DNA of 63,865 nucleotides, counting the filler, from Circinaria calcarea (taxonomy: Eukaryota), in assembly GCA_051942165.1 (NCBI GenBank). It is 3 parts of 3 records of this genome, joined end to end, with 100 filler letters (N's around TTAATTAATTAA, not from the genome) between each part and the next. Parts side by side here need not be neighbours in the genome. Positions count along the whole stretch, not along the records: positions 43,960 to 63,865 come from JAVECS010000187.1; 2 more parts are not named here. One strand, given 5' to 3'. The translations under genes and the position numbers were made by a program. The notes beneath the pieces were generated by a model. That model was not told where the DNA came from and ran no database searches. It saw nothing but the letters and a program-made list of their open reading frames with translations. Positions 48,971 through 61,814 of the stretch are shown here, in pieces (the first letter of the stretch is position 1; each line of letters opens with the position of its first letter).

Positions 48971-51900
48971 TCATCGTGCGTTAGTCATTGTGAGGCCCTC
49001 CTGAATCTGTCCCCGGCTTGGTGCGGCAGATAGTGCGGCCGACACAGGCGTGCTTGACCTGGTGGTGGCCGCACTGCGGTTGTGGGCCATGTGTGCCTTG
49101 ACCAAATGTCCAGCGGCGAGTGCGCTGCAGAGGCTAAGTTCTCCGGCGAGAACACTCGCGGCAATGATGCGAGCCAGCTTGCGGGCATTGTCTCCGGGAT
49201 TGGTTGGGTGCGAACCTTTGACGCCGAGGAGATCAAGCATGGCGCCTTGTGGCTCAAGGACCGTACCGCCACCAACGGTCCCTACTTCGATGCACGGCAT
49301 TGACACGCTGATCTGTAGATTACCATTATAGCTAAGAAAAGGGTTAGCGTCTAGCATATCACATCGACAGCTGGCATCTCCTTACTTTCGCATCACCGTA
49401 ATGCAGTTGCTGCTTTCCACATTTTGAGCCGGGTCTTGGCCAGTTGCCAGAAAGATGGCGGTGACGATGTTCGCCGCATGGGCATTGAAGCCTCCGATAC
49501 TCCCGGCCATAGCACTCCCAATGAGATTCTTAGCTGTATTGAGTTCAACGAGAGCATTCACATCGCTCTTCAATGTATTTTTGACCACCTCAGCTGGAAT
49601 AATAGCTTCGGCAACAACGCTTTTGCCTCGTCCGTCAACCCAGTTGATTGCGGCAGCTTTCTTGTCAGTGCAAAAGTTGCCCGAGACGGAGATGATTGCC
49701 ATGTCGTCAAACCCGCCTTTATCCATCATGAACTTCAGGCCGGACTCGACGCCTTTCGAAATCATGTTCATTCCCATGGCATCGCCGGACGTCGCCTTGA
49801 ATCGAATGTACAGATAAGTCCCTGCGAGTGCCGTCTTCATCGACTGCAGACGTGCAAAACGACTTGTTTCGTTGAATTCTCTCTTCATGGTCTTTTGTCC
49901 CTCTTCCGAGTCGAGCCAGAGTTTGGCTGCACCAGCTCTCTTCAAAGTACTAAATCCCACACACGGACCCCGTGTCATACCGTCTCCAGTAAGAACAGTC
50001 ACGGCTCCTCCACCAGCATTGATAGCCTTACAGCCCCGGTTGGTACTAGCTACGAGCACACCTTCCGTAGTGGCCATTGGGAGGAAGAAGTTCTGCCCGT
50101 CGATAAGCAAAGGCCCAGCAACGCCAACGGGAAGAGGGAGGTATCCGATGACGTTCTCACAGCAGGCTCCATGAACATTCTCGTAGTTGAAATGTTCATA
50201 TGGTAATTTCGAACGTTCGAGCAGAGTGGAGGTCTTTAAAGTAGACGATGTTCTCGACACTAAGGACCGACGTATCTTAACAGCTCTAGTTAGGGAAGCA
50301 AGTTTGGTCATAAGTCGAGGATTGTCCAATGTCTTCTCCAAGGCATGGCCTGGGATTTTGCCCCGTACGGCTAATTCGATCAATTCATCGTCATTTAACT
50401 CGGCCGCCCTCCGATCTCTAAGCATCTGCTCGCACTCCGCTAGTGTTCTTTGGGTACCCTCTCCCTTGGGAAGTGGTTCTTCCAAGGGTTCAGGAACCAC
50501 CGCAACAATTTCCTGGGGGCTCCGGAGGTCTTTAATACTCCATCGAGCAGCGTTGAACAAGTAACCGTTCAGTATCAGACTTAGGGTCAGAGCAACAATG
50601 ATCCATTTGCTTAGCACCGGATCCTCTAGGCTCTTCAGAACGCCCTGCACGACTTTTCCGCTAACAACGTCCAACAACTGATCCGTGTACTCTATGTCAA
50701 ATATTGAGTTACTCTCATCCGGTTGAACTCCAACAACAGACGAAACTAGCTCGTACTTGATCGGTGGTATAATGGTGACCACTGTTGGTCTTGCACGGTC
50801 TTTTGCCGTGTTGTAGATGAGATCAAGCCCGTTTTCTGCCACTTTGAAGGGATCTATGGGAGGAGCTGTGAGGACACTTGAAATTCCAGACACCGTCGGC
50901 GAGACCACATTCTTATTGCCGGTCCTGAACGGTATAGTGCAAAGATTCAAAACATTGATAAGCACGAACCCTCCTACCATAAGTACCTTGAACTTGGGAA
51001 CACTACTATCACCCACCTTCTTGCCAAAGACGGCGACTCCAGGTTTCTCGTCGGTAGATTTGCCGCTATCGTCATCAAATCTTGGCCACTCGTTGTGTGA
51101 CGCGACATTTTCGGCTACGCGCCGGCTCACTCCATCCTCTTCCAATGCCCGGCGAAGTGCCACATGACGCTTGATCCGGTTTATCTCCAGCTTCACGTTC
51201 AGGATTGCAGTGTAGAATGTGAACAGGAGCAGACAATCGAAGAATAAGACCCAAGCTGCCAGGAAACAAAATGGCCGAAGGCCCCCCTGAACACCGGACG
51301 CGGCCCCCACGATCAATATTGCTATCTCCACCGCATAATCCCGAACGATTTCAAACCCTTTTTCGCCAATGGCAGCTTGCACAGCAAACTGGATTGTTTT
51401 CGGGTTACTTTCATGATGTGTACCTTGCTCTGCTAGCGCCCGAGTCCCGTGTCGACGAGAATCCAGTGAAGCTGATAGCACAGCTTTTGTAAGTACAATA
51501 GGTTTCTCGAACCCAATCGTAACGACGAGGAACGGCAGTCCCTCCGAAAGTAGCACCATGTTGATAGGTACACCCATTTTTGTGGTCACGATCAGGCCGA
51601 ATAGGAAAGAAAAGGCGGATGAGAAGAGTACAGTTGTTGCCAGCCAGAAGTTGGAACCCATACGTTTCATTGACATGAACAGCGAAACAAAGGTCAAGTG
51701 CATTGAGAGATAACCCAATACCATGATGACTATATCCAAAGATTCGGCATTCTGCCGTCATTAGTTAAAGCTCCTAACTGAACTGGTGTTACCTACCTTC
51801 AAGAGATCCACAAATCCTGTCCATGCGTTCGTAGCCCAGTTGCGTAAGGTGTTTTGCGAACCGTTACCACCACTTCTCGCGGCTTTAAACACCCATTTCC

Positions 51901-52549
51901 GGCCTTCCTCATGATGGACCTGGCTTAAGCTCGTGTACTCAGGAATCTCATGTATCCCATCCAGGAAAGCAGAAGCTTCCTCAAAAGGCACTGCAAACGC
52001 TAATGTAGTATCTTGGGAGATTGGCGAGAAGGGATTCGACGTCGATGGTAGGGAGCGCGCAAAAGTGTTGTTAGGGACCGGCACTGCATTCGCCAGCGGG
52101 GCCGTCTGTGGAGAATTGTTGGAGAGTGATTTAGGGAATACAAGCGTAATCAACGCAACATGTTCAAACGCCTGGTATGGTGTGAGTATGGTATACCGAC
52201 GCTGGGCCGGACTACCTACAGGATCAACCTCGCCCCGACTCGAAGATTCGACCTGCCATTTCCACCCAGTCTCGAGCCCGAGCCGCAGTCGGCGACCCGA
52301 CTCTACCAGCGAATCAAAGTCCAGGCGCGCAGACGCATCTTTGGGAGAGCTTGTGGTCTCGAATAAACTTCCTTCCAATAGCCCAATGTATGTTGTACTA
52401 GCGAGTAGAGCAACAAAGACTATGGTGTGGATGGGGTGTGTGCACGCCCTTCGCGAAAGGGATTGCAGTACGGGCGAGATCTGTTTGTTCAGATAACTCG
52501 GTCTCGAGGAAGTACCGTCGACTTTGCGGAAGAGCGTAGGTAGGAGCAT
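48971..52549 (-). CDS. HMG1: HMG-CoA reductase
   Basis: HPIHTIV N-terminal domain, sterol-sensing region [15 protein letters not shown], and catalytic motifs [30 protein letters not shown] and [10 protein letters not shown]. Confidence 0.98.
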
Positions 52550-53804
52550 GGCAAACGTCACTAAGATTTCCTAGGTAGCCTAGAAGAAGGATCAAGGCAT
52601 TGAAAGATGGAGAGTTGACTGTCTTTGGAAAAATGCTTTTCTCAGGAATGAGTGTGGGTTGCAGCAACAGGACTGTAGAGACGTGGCATTGGGGTGGCCC
52701 AGTCGACTACTTCAATTCTCGACGAGATGACGGTGTATTTTTTTAACGGTGAGATGTATTTTTCTGTCAAAGCGGTATTTGGACAAAGCCAATCACAGAA
52801 TTAGCGCTCAGCTGGAATGCCGTTGCAACCCCCACCAACTTTAGTCATGATCTTATCCCCCAGATCCTTTTTAGCACAAGCCACAGGAGTAGTCTCAGGT
52901 ACTAGAAGTTTATAGAGGGAGAGGTTCAGATGGACAATCAATAAAAGGTGTTTCCTGCTTGCCGATCAGAATTACCAAGTGAGGAGTCTACTATATGCTT
53001 GTTTCGTTTCTCGTTGATTGGTTAAAGTAAGTATGCTACGTACATGAGGGTGGGTTGGAACCCCATCTCGGCAAGCGGCCCACCAGTGACCGTTACGGGT
53101 CACTGTTGACATTGCACACCGCAGAGATCAATGACAAAGGTAGAGAGTACTACGGGATCTATCTAGATCTGTCCATCTTCAACCGCCTGACGTCTGTCAT
53201 GCAAATCTACCGATAGATCCACCAAGAACGGTTCTAGGCTCTCCTGTCATCTGGGTGTACAAGGTGGAAAGATCCTCCGGTTCACCGAATAGCCTAGACA
53301 CCATTCGACATGCCAGACACTCATCAGACATCTATTCCCACTCCACTGCCGTAGGCGTCTTCGTCGAGTGATGTACCAAGTATCTACCAGCCTCTGTTCT
53401 TTTAGCCCTCCTCCGAACGACTGCACCAAGCATCCGCCACGCTGTGCATAGTCCGAGAGGCCGACGACACAGTTGTGCACACACCAATGTTGAAATAAGA
53501 AATACTCATGAGAAGAAAAGAAGAAAATGCTTTTGGGTGGTCGTAAAAGTAATTCGGCAGTAAATCTGCGTTGATACCATTGGAATGCAAGCAAGCATTG
53601 CCAAGGTAGCAGACATGCAATCGGTGCGAGCACGTACGATCGAAGCAGTTGCCAACTGTGTCCATGTACAAAAGAGACCTCGAACAGTAACATCAGGGGT
53701 CGAGATGCTGTAGCGCTGCGGATTTCGTAAACAGTAAAGCTGTCGAATGGAACCTGATAGCGCAGCATAGGACCACTTCCGTTCCCTGATGGATCATGAA
53801 GCCC

Positions 53805-55691
53805 CTATCCGACGACATGGAAGTCGTCATCACGCCAGAAAAAGTGACGGTGAGTGTATCGCACATGCTCGACAAGCCCTTCCAGACCCGGCTTGGCAAA
53901 TGTCATTGGTGACTGGAGCGGGCAAGCAACACAACAGCTTCGAAGGATCTTGTTGAAGAACTTGGTGCCTTCAGCGCGGTTCGCTTCAGCACGGCTAGCT
54001 ATCCGGTCTAAACGCATGAACTCTGTGGGAGAGAGGTGTGCTGTCTCCGGCCCGACTGCGGGGCGCTTGGGAAGCAGAGGCATCAAGATAGCCCCTGGCG
54101 CCTGAAGGCCACATTTTGTTCGGAGATCGCGTAGACGAGTATATGCTCCTTGTCCCTGGAGATGTTGCGGAACGTGACCGAGGTTGACCGTAAACCCGGA
54201 CTTTATCTCTGCCTCGAGGCGAGAAACATGGTACTGTTTCACAGCATTCACCCAATTGTCCACGTAACCGCCCATTCCCCTTTGATGATAGTCCAGGTCA
54301 GTATAACTAGTCAGCTGCCGAAGCATCTCTTCAGCCCATGCGCAAATCTTCCTATTTGTGATCATATCTACCGTGGCGGTTCTAGGCGTACCCCTGGTAG
54401 GGTCTGGAAGCCATCCGCCCGCCGCATCATATTCTTCAGAGAGAGAGACAGGGTGCTCGACGAGTAGATACTCGGGAAATAAAAAGGTGCCTAGCTTGGA
54501 AGTAGGCGCAAAACGCTCACGGAAGGCCTTGTACTGGGTAGAAGAAAACTCTGGGCGTGGTATCAAGGTCACCTCACCAGATTTTTCGTCGATGACCTTT
54601 TCTGGGATAGGGTCATCTTTATCAATTAGCCGGGTACCTCAAAACGTTATCGGATTACTTACGGCCCTCCCAGATCTGCTGAGCAAACAAAACAATCTTC
54701 GCTCTCATCAGACGACGTCTACCTTCAAGAGCGGATCGCTGTACACGCTCTTTCTCCATCATGAAACTATGTCTCTTGATCTGCATCAGAACAGTTTGAA
54801 TAAGGAGACCGTCAAATTCGTCACGTAAGATGCTGTTTAACTCAGGAAGATAGTAGTACATGGTACGGTGGACCACGACAGGCGTTAATGTAGCACAATC
54901 CAAGATTTCCTCGTAGTTGTAGATTCCCGCCAAGTCACCCTTGGCTAGCTCATGGTTAGCCTGAGGTATTTTATGACAGGCACAAGACCAACAGAAATGT
55001 ACTTACCAATCACGTATTCTTTGAGACAGTCTCGACAAAAGAGGATTCCCCAGCGGCGTGCTACAATCTGCGTAGAAAGGCATATGAAGCAGCGATCCTG
55101 TCTCGCTAAGCGCCCAAACTATATGACAGTCAGCTCACGGTGGAGAATCTATCGCCTGGGTGTATTGTCACTCACAATCTCAAGCTTGTAGTCAAAGATA
55201 GGTTGATATTTTCCTCCTAAGGCCTGTACACGGGTACGGGGCGGAAGCGGAATGACAGCTCCATGTGTGATGGAGTTAGGGTTCTGCGAAACGAGCTGCG
55301 CCATCCGCATCGCATTAAGTACGGAGTTTTGCTGAAACCCCTCGGACTTAGTCCACAAAGCCGAGGGCAAAGCTGCAGGAGATTGAAGTTAGAACGATCT
55401 CTCTATATAAAAGGAAGAATGGACTTTACCCGTATACCAAATAAAATTGCCATTAGGAAACGACAAAGCCAAGCGCAATTTCTGGCATACTTGAGAGAGG
55501 TTCCACAACCACACAGGCTCAAGGTGTTCGCATACGGATGCGAATGCTACCGCTGGCAAATCCGCAAGGCTATTCATCAGTGCAGTACCAACTGGCCCTG
55601 GTTGAGTATCAGCGTATGTAGTTAAAGACCTTTGAGAGCAATAATTACCATCCACCTCCATGTCGTCATGTTGTAAACCACCGGAAGACAT
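53805..55691 (-). CDS. Hypothetical F-box-like protein with Cys/His zinc-binding motifs
   Basis: N-terminal LADLPAVAFASVCEHLEPVWLWNLSQVCQKLR, internal CFICL...WGILFCRDCLKEY, and C-terminal CVAC...LVEHVRYTH. Exons are separated by GT-AG introns. Confidence 0.7.
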
Positions 55692-57552
55692 CTCGAGTAT
55701 CTACTGAATCTGCATGACGACAATAAATGAGCCACAAGTTTACGGCAAGCCAGTTCATTAAGATTTCAAACACAAAGGAAGAAACCAAGGATGACGAGTG
55801 TAGTGGAAACCAAGGCTATTAGCCAAGCTGCTCTTGAAAGCCGTGAATACTACCATCAGTCGAAATATAGAAGGTGTGGTGGGTGTAATCAAATGATCAC
55901 CTGCTTTCGATGGAGTGTTCTGCTTTACGAGAGTGCCTAAAGGTTGAAGAAGATGCCCCAAATTGTGAACGCACCTTCTGTTGAGATCGTGTTGGACAGA
56001 GGACCTGGATCTGATGAACGCAGGAGGTAAGTAAGTACCATGATTGACATTTGCATTATGCGGAGAGCGTACCAAGGTCTATGGTGCTATGACGGAAGCA
56101 CCCCAAATTGCTTTACTATGTACCCGATGAGCTTTGTAACAACTAAGGCATTGTATCATAGCAGACCGACCGACTTGGCGGATGATGTTGAACGGATATC
56201 AGAAAGGTCCTGGCACAAAGGGGTCGGTGATCAGCTGCTGTGTGGTTAAAAGATGGAAGACGCAGAATCACAGCCCATCTGCTAAAAGGGTTGCAAAAGA
56301 GCTTACGTGGAGAGTGCAGCGAATGGTGTAGTAAAGAGAGTATGTGGATGTGTATCGAGTAGCAGAGTGTGTAAAAGAGGGGCGCAGATGGGTACGGAGG
56401 TAAGGAAAACTCACTTGAATGCAGGAGCACGAGTGCAAATGTGATGGTTCCTGGCAGCTGTTCCAATCGGCTTTACACAGATCCACCAAGACAGGCGAAT
56501 CAACACCAAAGACAAGACGAAAGGCCTAAGAGTGTTCGTACATCTTGATGATGCCCAAGAACATTGGTAGGATCTGTTGTAGATGTCAAGTGGTGACTCG
56601 TGAACGGAATGCTTTATAACAACCAAGCCCATGTAAGATAGGGGTTTGCCGAGGACTTCATCAAAGTGAATGATGGAGGAGAACGTCCAGGATATTTGCC
56701 ACTTACCTACTCGCTTTATCAAGACGATGCTTGTGTAACAGCTGCTCACAAATGGTCCATTAAGAGTCCGAGATATCTGTTGCCAAAGATTGGCGTTATG
56801 TCTTTCTCTTGAGCTGCTTCTTGCCTGTATAGCGGACCTTTGGGGACTACTGCTCGCCTCTCCAGCCCTACCTTGGCGGGCACGGTCCAGGGGCAGATCG
56901 CTAATTTGTTAAGCGAACTATGTAACCAAACCATCGAGGTCAACATGAACATAAAGTGCTCCAACATCTATGTATTGAACCTTTCGATAACCTGCGATAG
57001 AGAGTGTACAGAAATAGGGATGCCATCTTGAGATGTAGGAGAATCAGTTCCCGAATACGAGGTTGAGCACCAAGCTGATACTCTCCAAGGAGCACATCAA
57101 TCCAGCATAACACCGAGTACAGGAAACAAGCAATCCGGTGTATACTTCATGATGTACGCCATGGTGTACTCCATGGTGTACTCCATGGTGTACTCCAACG
57201 GCCTAAAGGTTATGTGGTGAACAGACCTCAGCACATAGCCTGGAGACCTCACAAACCAGGAATCGTCGATTGATGGGATCAGCCAGGGCAGAAATGAAGG
57301 AGGGCAAACCTTCAAGCAGTGCGTATTATGGAGGAGATAAAACGATCAAGCAGTGCATATCGTGGAGGAGATAAAATGATCAAGCAGAAGAAGCCTTACA
57401 GTCTGATTTCGGGATTGGGAATTGAAGTAAGGATGCGACTTATATATACGATGTTTGATACATATTATTGCCTGAGAGCGTAAGGAAACGGTGGACAACA
57501 GAATAACCAAGTACGGACAAGATAGCAAAAGCTCAGACATGAGTAGCTCATA

Positions 57553-58288
57553 TTACTTCTTCGAGGTCTTAGACTTCTTCTTCGTCGGTGCCTTCTTCTT
57601 TACCTCATCCTCCTCATCCTCCTCATCCTCATCGATGTCTTCCTGTACCGGGGCGCTACGTTTTGCGGACACTCGCGAACTTTTCCTTGTCCCTTCTGCA
57701 GGTTGTTTCAACTCCTTTTTGGCTCTAGGAGCCTTAGCCTTAGAATCAGATTTGCCAGTTGCTTTTTTGCTGCTGTTGGCCTTGTTGGGCTTCTCGCCTG
57801 ATTCCTTCGGATCGCTTTTGCTGTCCTCTTCCTCCTCAATGACCTGTTTGTCGTCATCTTCCTTGTCCACTTGCTCTTTCTCGCTCAATTTCACTTCCTT
57901 CTCCTTTTTTGACTTGGACTTTGCTTCGGGGGCTCCTTTCTTAGGCTCAAGCTTGGAGCCTGCTTCGTTTTCGTATCCACCACCCTCTTTTTCGTACTCC
58001 TTCGAGAGCTTGTTGGCCTAGAAGCGCGACCGGTTTGTCAGTCATACTTAACTAAGCGGCAGAATCGAGAACGCTCGAATATAAGCGTGGGAAAAGTCTC
58101 ACTTTCCAAGCAGCCCATTGCCCTTTCCCACTGCCGTCCTTGTTGGTCTCATTCTTGACCTCTATTATTGACGCGCATTAGCGCCGGATAGCGAAGTCAA
58201 GACGAGCGCAGATTTCAGCAGGATACAGACTCTCTTTCACTTCTTCGCGAAGCTTGGGATCAGTTGGCTTTCCTTTTGAAGAAGGCAT
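57553..58288 (-). CDS. Small highly charged protein (possibly DUF5872-like N-terminus)
   Basis: Three exons: MPSSKGKPTDPKLREEVKE / VKNETNKDGSGKGQWAAWK / ANKLSKEYEKEGGGYENEAGSK followed by a K/E-rich tail. Confidence 0.75.
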
Positions 58289-58760
58289 ATTGATGGCACA
58301 AGATTAAGAATGGTCTGCGTATGCGGTCTCCAGGGAGGTATTTGAGGGCGCAAAGTCGACTTATCTATGAGGCCTGGACGAGCCCCCCCTGCGTCGTTCT
58401 CCGCTTAGCGCCACCAAAAGCGACTAATAATTGGCCTGTATCTTGCTGAAAGTCGCCCAAGCCATCCACGACAACTGTGTTTTGAATTCTTCGACTTTGT
58501 TGAATCATGCTCATCGCTAGCCCTGAACAGTCAAGGACATCACGAGGTTAAGGAATTCGTAGTGAGGGTTCCAACATACGGACAATTCCTGCGCTACAGT
58601 GCATTGGTTCATTGGAACACTCATTATGAACTCCTTCGTACGCAATGCAGTGAAGTTTCGAAGGCGCAAAGCCACTGGGTGATATTGTTTAAGAGCTCAG
58701 AATTCAATCAGCTAGACTGAAGGAATTCCGAGTGAATGAGGCACATACGCAGAGCCGCTG

Positions 58761-59523
58761 CTAAGCCAGGTTCCTCACTTTGTCGACTTGTGGGTCCTTG
58801 ATACTGATCACTTGGACGCCTGCCTGATGGAGCTCTTGCTTTGCTGCACCCCAACCACCTTCTCCGTTATCGATGCATCTCGTCCCTTCCTCGATAACGT
58901 AAACTTCGAAGCCTTCACGCCTGGCATCTATTGCCGTATACTTCACACAGTATTCACCAGTCAGCCCGACGGTGTATACATGGCTGATGGCATGGTGGCG
59001 TAGTAAAGCTGTCAGATCCACATTCGCCGCGTCTGATCGGTTCCCAAAGACGTCTTTAAAACCGGAATACATCTCTACCCGTTGGTCCCTTCCCTTCTCA
59101 ACGATGACTTCGAGTTTGGATGTATCAATTTCGGGTAGGAGATCTGCACCCGGCGTCCCTTGAACACAGTGTACGGGCCACAGGGCAATCTTCTTGGTTT
59201 CCGACGGGTTAAAAGGATTGGTCACCATCACCTGGGACTTAAAGGCCTTGTTGTTTGGTGGATCGTGGGAGGTATCAAACGAAATGTGGCCTTGGGGATG
59301 ATAGTCCTTTGTGGCAATCTTCAAAGAAAAGGGAAGTTTAAGCAGGTCATTGATGAGAGGAACTATGTCCCGACCCCCAGATACTGCTAAAGATCCTAAC
59401 TGGGTGTCTCTTGTGAGTACATTAGCAAAAACCATCATCTGTGCCAGGTGAACGCACGGGGGGGCAGAAATCCTCTTGCATATCAACGACAAGCAATGCT
59501 GATTTGACCTGAGTTTCCATCAT
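58761..59523 (-). CDS. PNC1: Nicotinamidase/pyrazinamidase (isochorismatase family)
   Basis: ALLVVDMQEDFCPP|GSLAV, TKDYHPQGHISF, LWPVHCVQGTPGA, KG..EMYSGF and GLTGEYCVKYTAIDA; one intron. Confidence 0.92.
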
Positions 59524-59740
59524 GGGAGAATTCAGGCAGTGATAAGAGTGAGTGCTTTGACAGCTTTGGTTGATGATTACCTGTCTACGAGCAGAAAAAG
59601 GTTGGACGCAAAATACCCCCACATTTCTTCACATTCATGGACCGACTATTAATCCGAACACTATTTTATCGCACGTTCACTAGACAATGAGTGAAGGTTT
59701 GGTTTGGGGGACCAAGAGCTAGATGGCTACTATCAATCTC

Positions 59741-60754
59741 CTATGCGATGACAAAGCTCGCATCCGACAAAGGACCAATATGGAGGTGCCTTCTCGCATC
59801 GAGCACTAAGCGTCTTGGTGACAGGAGGGAGAACCGTGGCTCGCCGTCTGCCTGCCACAGATCAAAGATTTCCCCCTTTTCGATTGATCGAACCACCGGG
59901 ATCTTGCCGCCGAGAACATCCTGGAAATACTGCTGTACAGAGACAAGTATCTCGAAGCCATCCACAGAGGAGGTAATATGACCACAGCCCACCTTAACAG
60001 GAAGCTGATCGGACTCTGCATTCCTCTGCTCCACAAAACGAACCAGCTTCTCCAGCGTTTGCATATAATCGATCATGTTACCTTCTCTAGGGAAGATAAT
60101 GGGCTGTATGTAGGACTGATCTTCGGCAACTCGTTCATAGAAAGAATCTCCCACGAATATGTGACGATTTTCTTCGTCGTACCACGCCAATTCATCTGGC
60201 GTGTGCCCTGGGGTATGCAGGATTTGCAATCCAAGGAGGTTGCCGTCGTGCCGGACGTACTCGAAATCATCAGCCCAATACGACACTTTGTACTCAGGAG
60301 TTGGTACATCAAGATAGTAACAGAGGGAGTGCCTCGCTAGGTCGGTTTCAATAAACGACTTTCCATGCAACGATGCCAAGATGGTAGTTGGGATGTCTTG
60401 AAAGCTGGGTATACCCAGAATATGGTCATAGTGACAATGGGTACAAATAATCAGATACCTCAGCGACGGGCTTCCATCTGGCTGACGAGGATTCAGTGGC
60501 AGATTGCCATTGGATGTGATGGGACGAGTCTCGACGTAGTTCCGAAGATTATCTGGAATGTCTGTGGACCCATCACTCTTGCCGCCACAGCCAGTATCCG
60601 AAAGTATGAGCAGCAGAGGATCCAGGAAGATTCTTGCATATATGAAAGGATGCTCATCATACTTGTCGGCCTCAACAATGACAAAGGTGGACGGGTTGAG
60701 ACGGGTGCACTTGAAGCAGCTTGATGGTCTAGATTTGGTAGTCATAGTATCCAT
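59741..60754 (-). CDS. Metallo-beta-lactamase-fold hydrolase
   Basis: Metal-ligand motifs SDTGCG, THCHYDH, HTPGHTPD, FVGDSFY and GCGH. Intronless; the start may be 60745 or 60835. Confidence 0.9.
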   Translation of the reverse strand: MDTMTTKSRPSSCFKCTRLNPSTFVIVEADKYDEHPFIYARIFLDPLLLILSDTGCGGKSDGSTDIPDNLRNYVETRPITSNGNLPLNPRQPDGSPSLRYLIICTHCHYDHILGIPSFQDIPTTILASLHGKSFIETDLARHSLCYYLDVPTPEYKVSYWADDFEYVRHDGNLLGLQILHTPGHTPDELAWYDEENRHIFVGDSFYERVAEDQSYIQPIIFPREGNMIDYMQTLEKLVRFVEQRNAESDQLPVKVGCGHITSSVDGFEILVSVQQYFQDVLGGKIPVVRSIEKGEIFDLWQADGEPRFSLLSPRRLVLDARRHLHIGPLSDASFVIA

Positions 60755-61814
60755 ATTGAAGCAGTGTTTAGCATGGAGATTTGACCAAGCTACCGTAAAG
60801 TTACATTGGATGCCAGCATAGGAAATCTGATCCAAAATCCAGGGATATTACTATGAGTTGTCGTCTACTCGCCTGCCCCGGTTGACGCCAGCGTCTGTAT
60901 ATGTATTCCCCCGCGTCCTGGGGAACCTTCGGCCAATCAGAACATCAACAAAGAAAGATTGTGAAACCACAACCAAAAGTAGACCATCTTGTTTCAGAAT
61001 GGGTCAAAGGAATTTTCTCTGCATGAAACTCCCTCCCAAAGTCTAGACTCCTTCATGCCCGGAATAGATAGGACGCTGACTACCAGTACCGCGACGGAAC
61101 CGCGTGAAGTGCGAAGAGTGCCTCGGAATAAAGCACCTCTCTACCTCTGTTCTGTGCCCAACTACCACGTCCATACGCGCCATGGGTTGGCTCAAATTAA
61201 ACAGGCAGTATTCCACTGGGTGGCCATGAGTCTGCTGTCCCCTGAAGCCGTCAGTCTCATCTTCAGGACGCGCTGAAGGTTGAGTTTGGCTGCAGAATAT
61301 CGAATAGCCCATGATTGGCTATGGTGGACCTGAAAGCTGATATAACGTCCAATTCAAGTATAGTCCTCTTCGCTCGTTTCGTTCTCTTCTACCCCATTGT
61401 CGAGGCTTGGTTATCCTTCGTGATTCTTGTTGTTGTGCTTTGAGGGTTTCATTGTGCACCGCAACGGTCAATAGAAACCAGACTCACCTAAAGCCCCCAA
61501 CGACAATGGGCTATTATCAAGTCCTTGTCCCTTCATTCTCTTTCATTCACCTTACACCTTCAGCTTATTGACGGCGCTGGCGTCACTCATTCACTTTCCC
61601 CAAAGACTCACTTTCACTACGTTGTAGCTTACTTTTCTCGAAGACCCATTCTAGACATCTTCAACTTTCTCTTCTTCTTTCAACCTACTCCCACCTTCTT
61701 TTCGCTACCTTCATTACAATCATCAGCTTGCTCGCAGGTTCGAGAAGTCTATCCTACGTTTGGATCAAGCAGGCCCTGACACAAACTTTTCCAACTTTAC
61801 CAAGACATCACATA

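Noticed and set aside
49424..52496. Long plus-strand ORFs opposite HMG-CoA reductase
   Set aside because: Antisense shadows of a conserved coding gene.
48971..52549. HMG-CoA reductase as a self-resistance gene of a statin-like cluster
   Set aside because: It is the full-length membrane form among housekeeping neighbours. No PKS is present and a gap separates it from the accessory island.
55758..57400. Short ORFs and small tandem duplications (ccatggtgtact x3; 34-bp duplicate at ~57316-57385)
   Set aside because: No coherent gene model; the repeats look like ordinary slippage.
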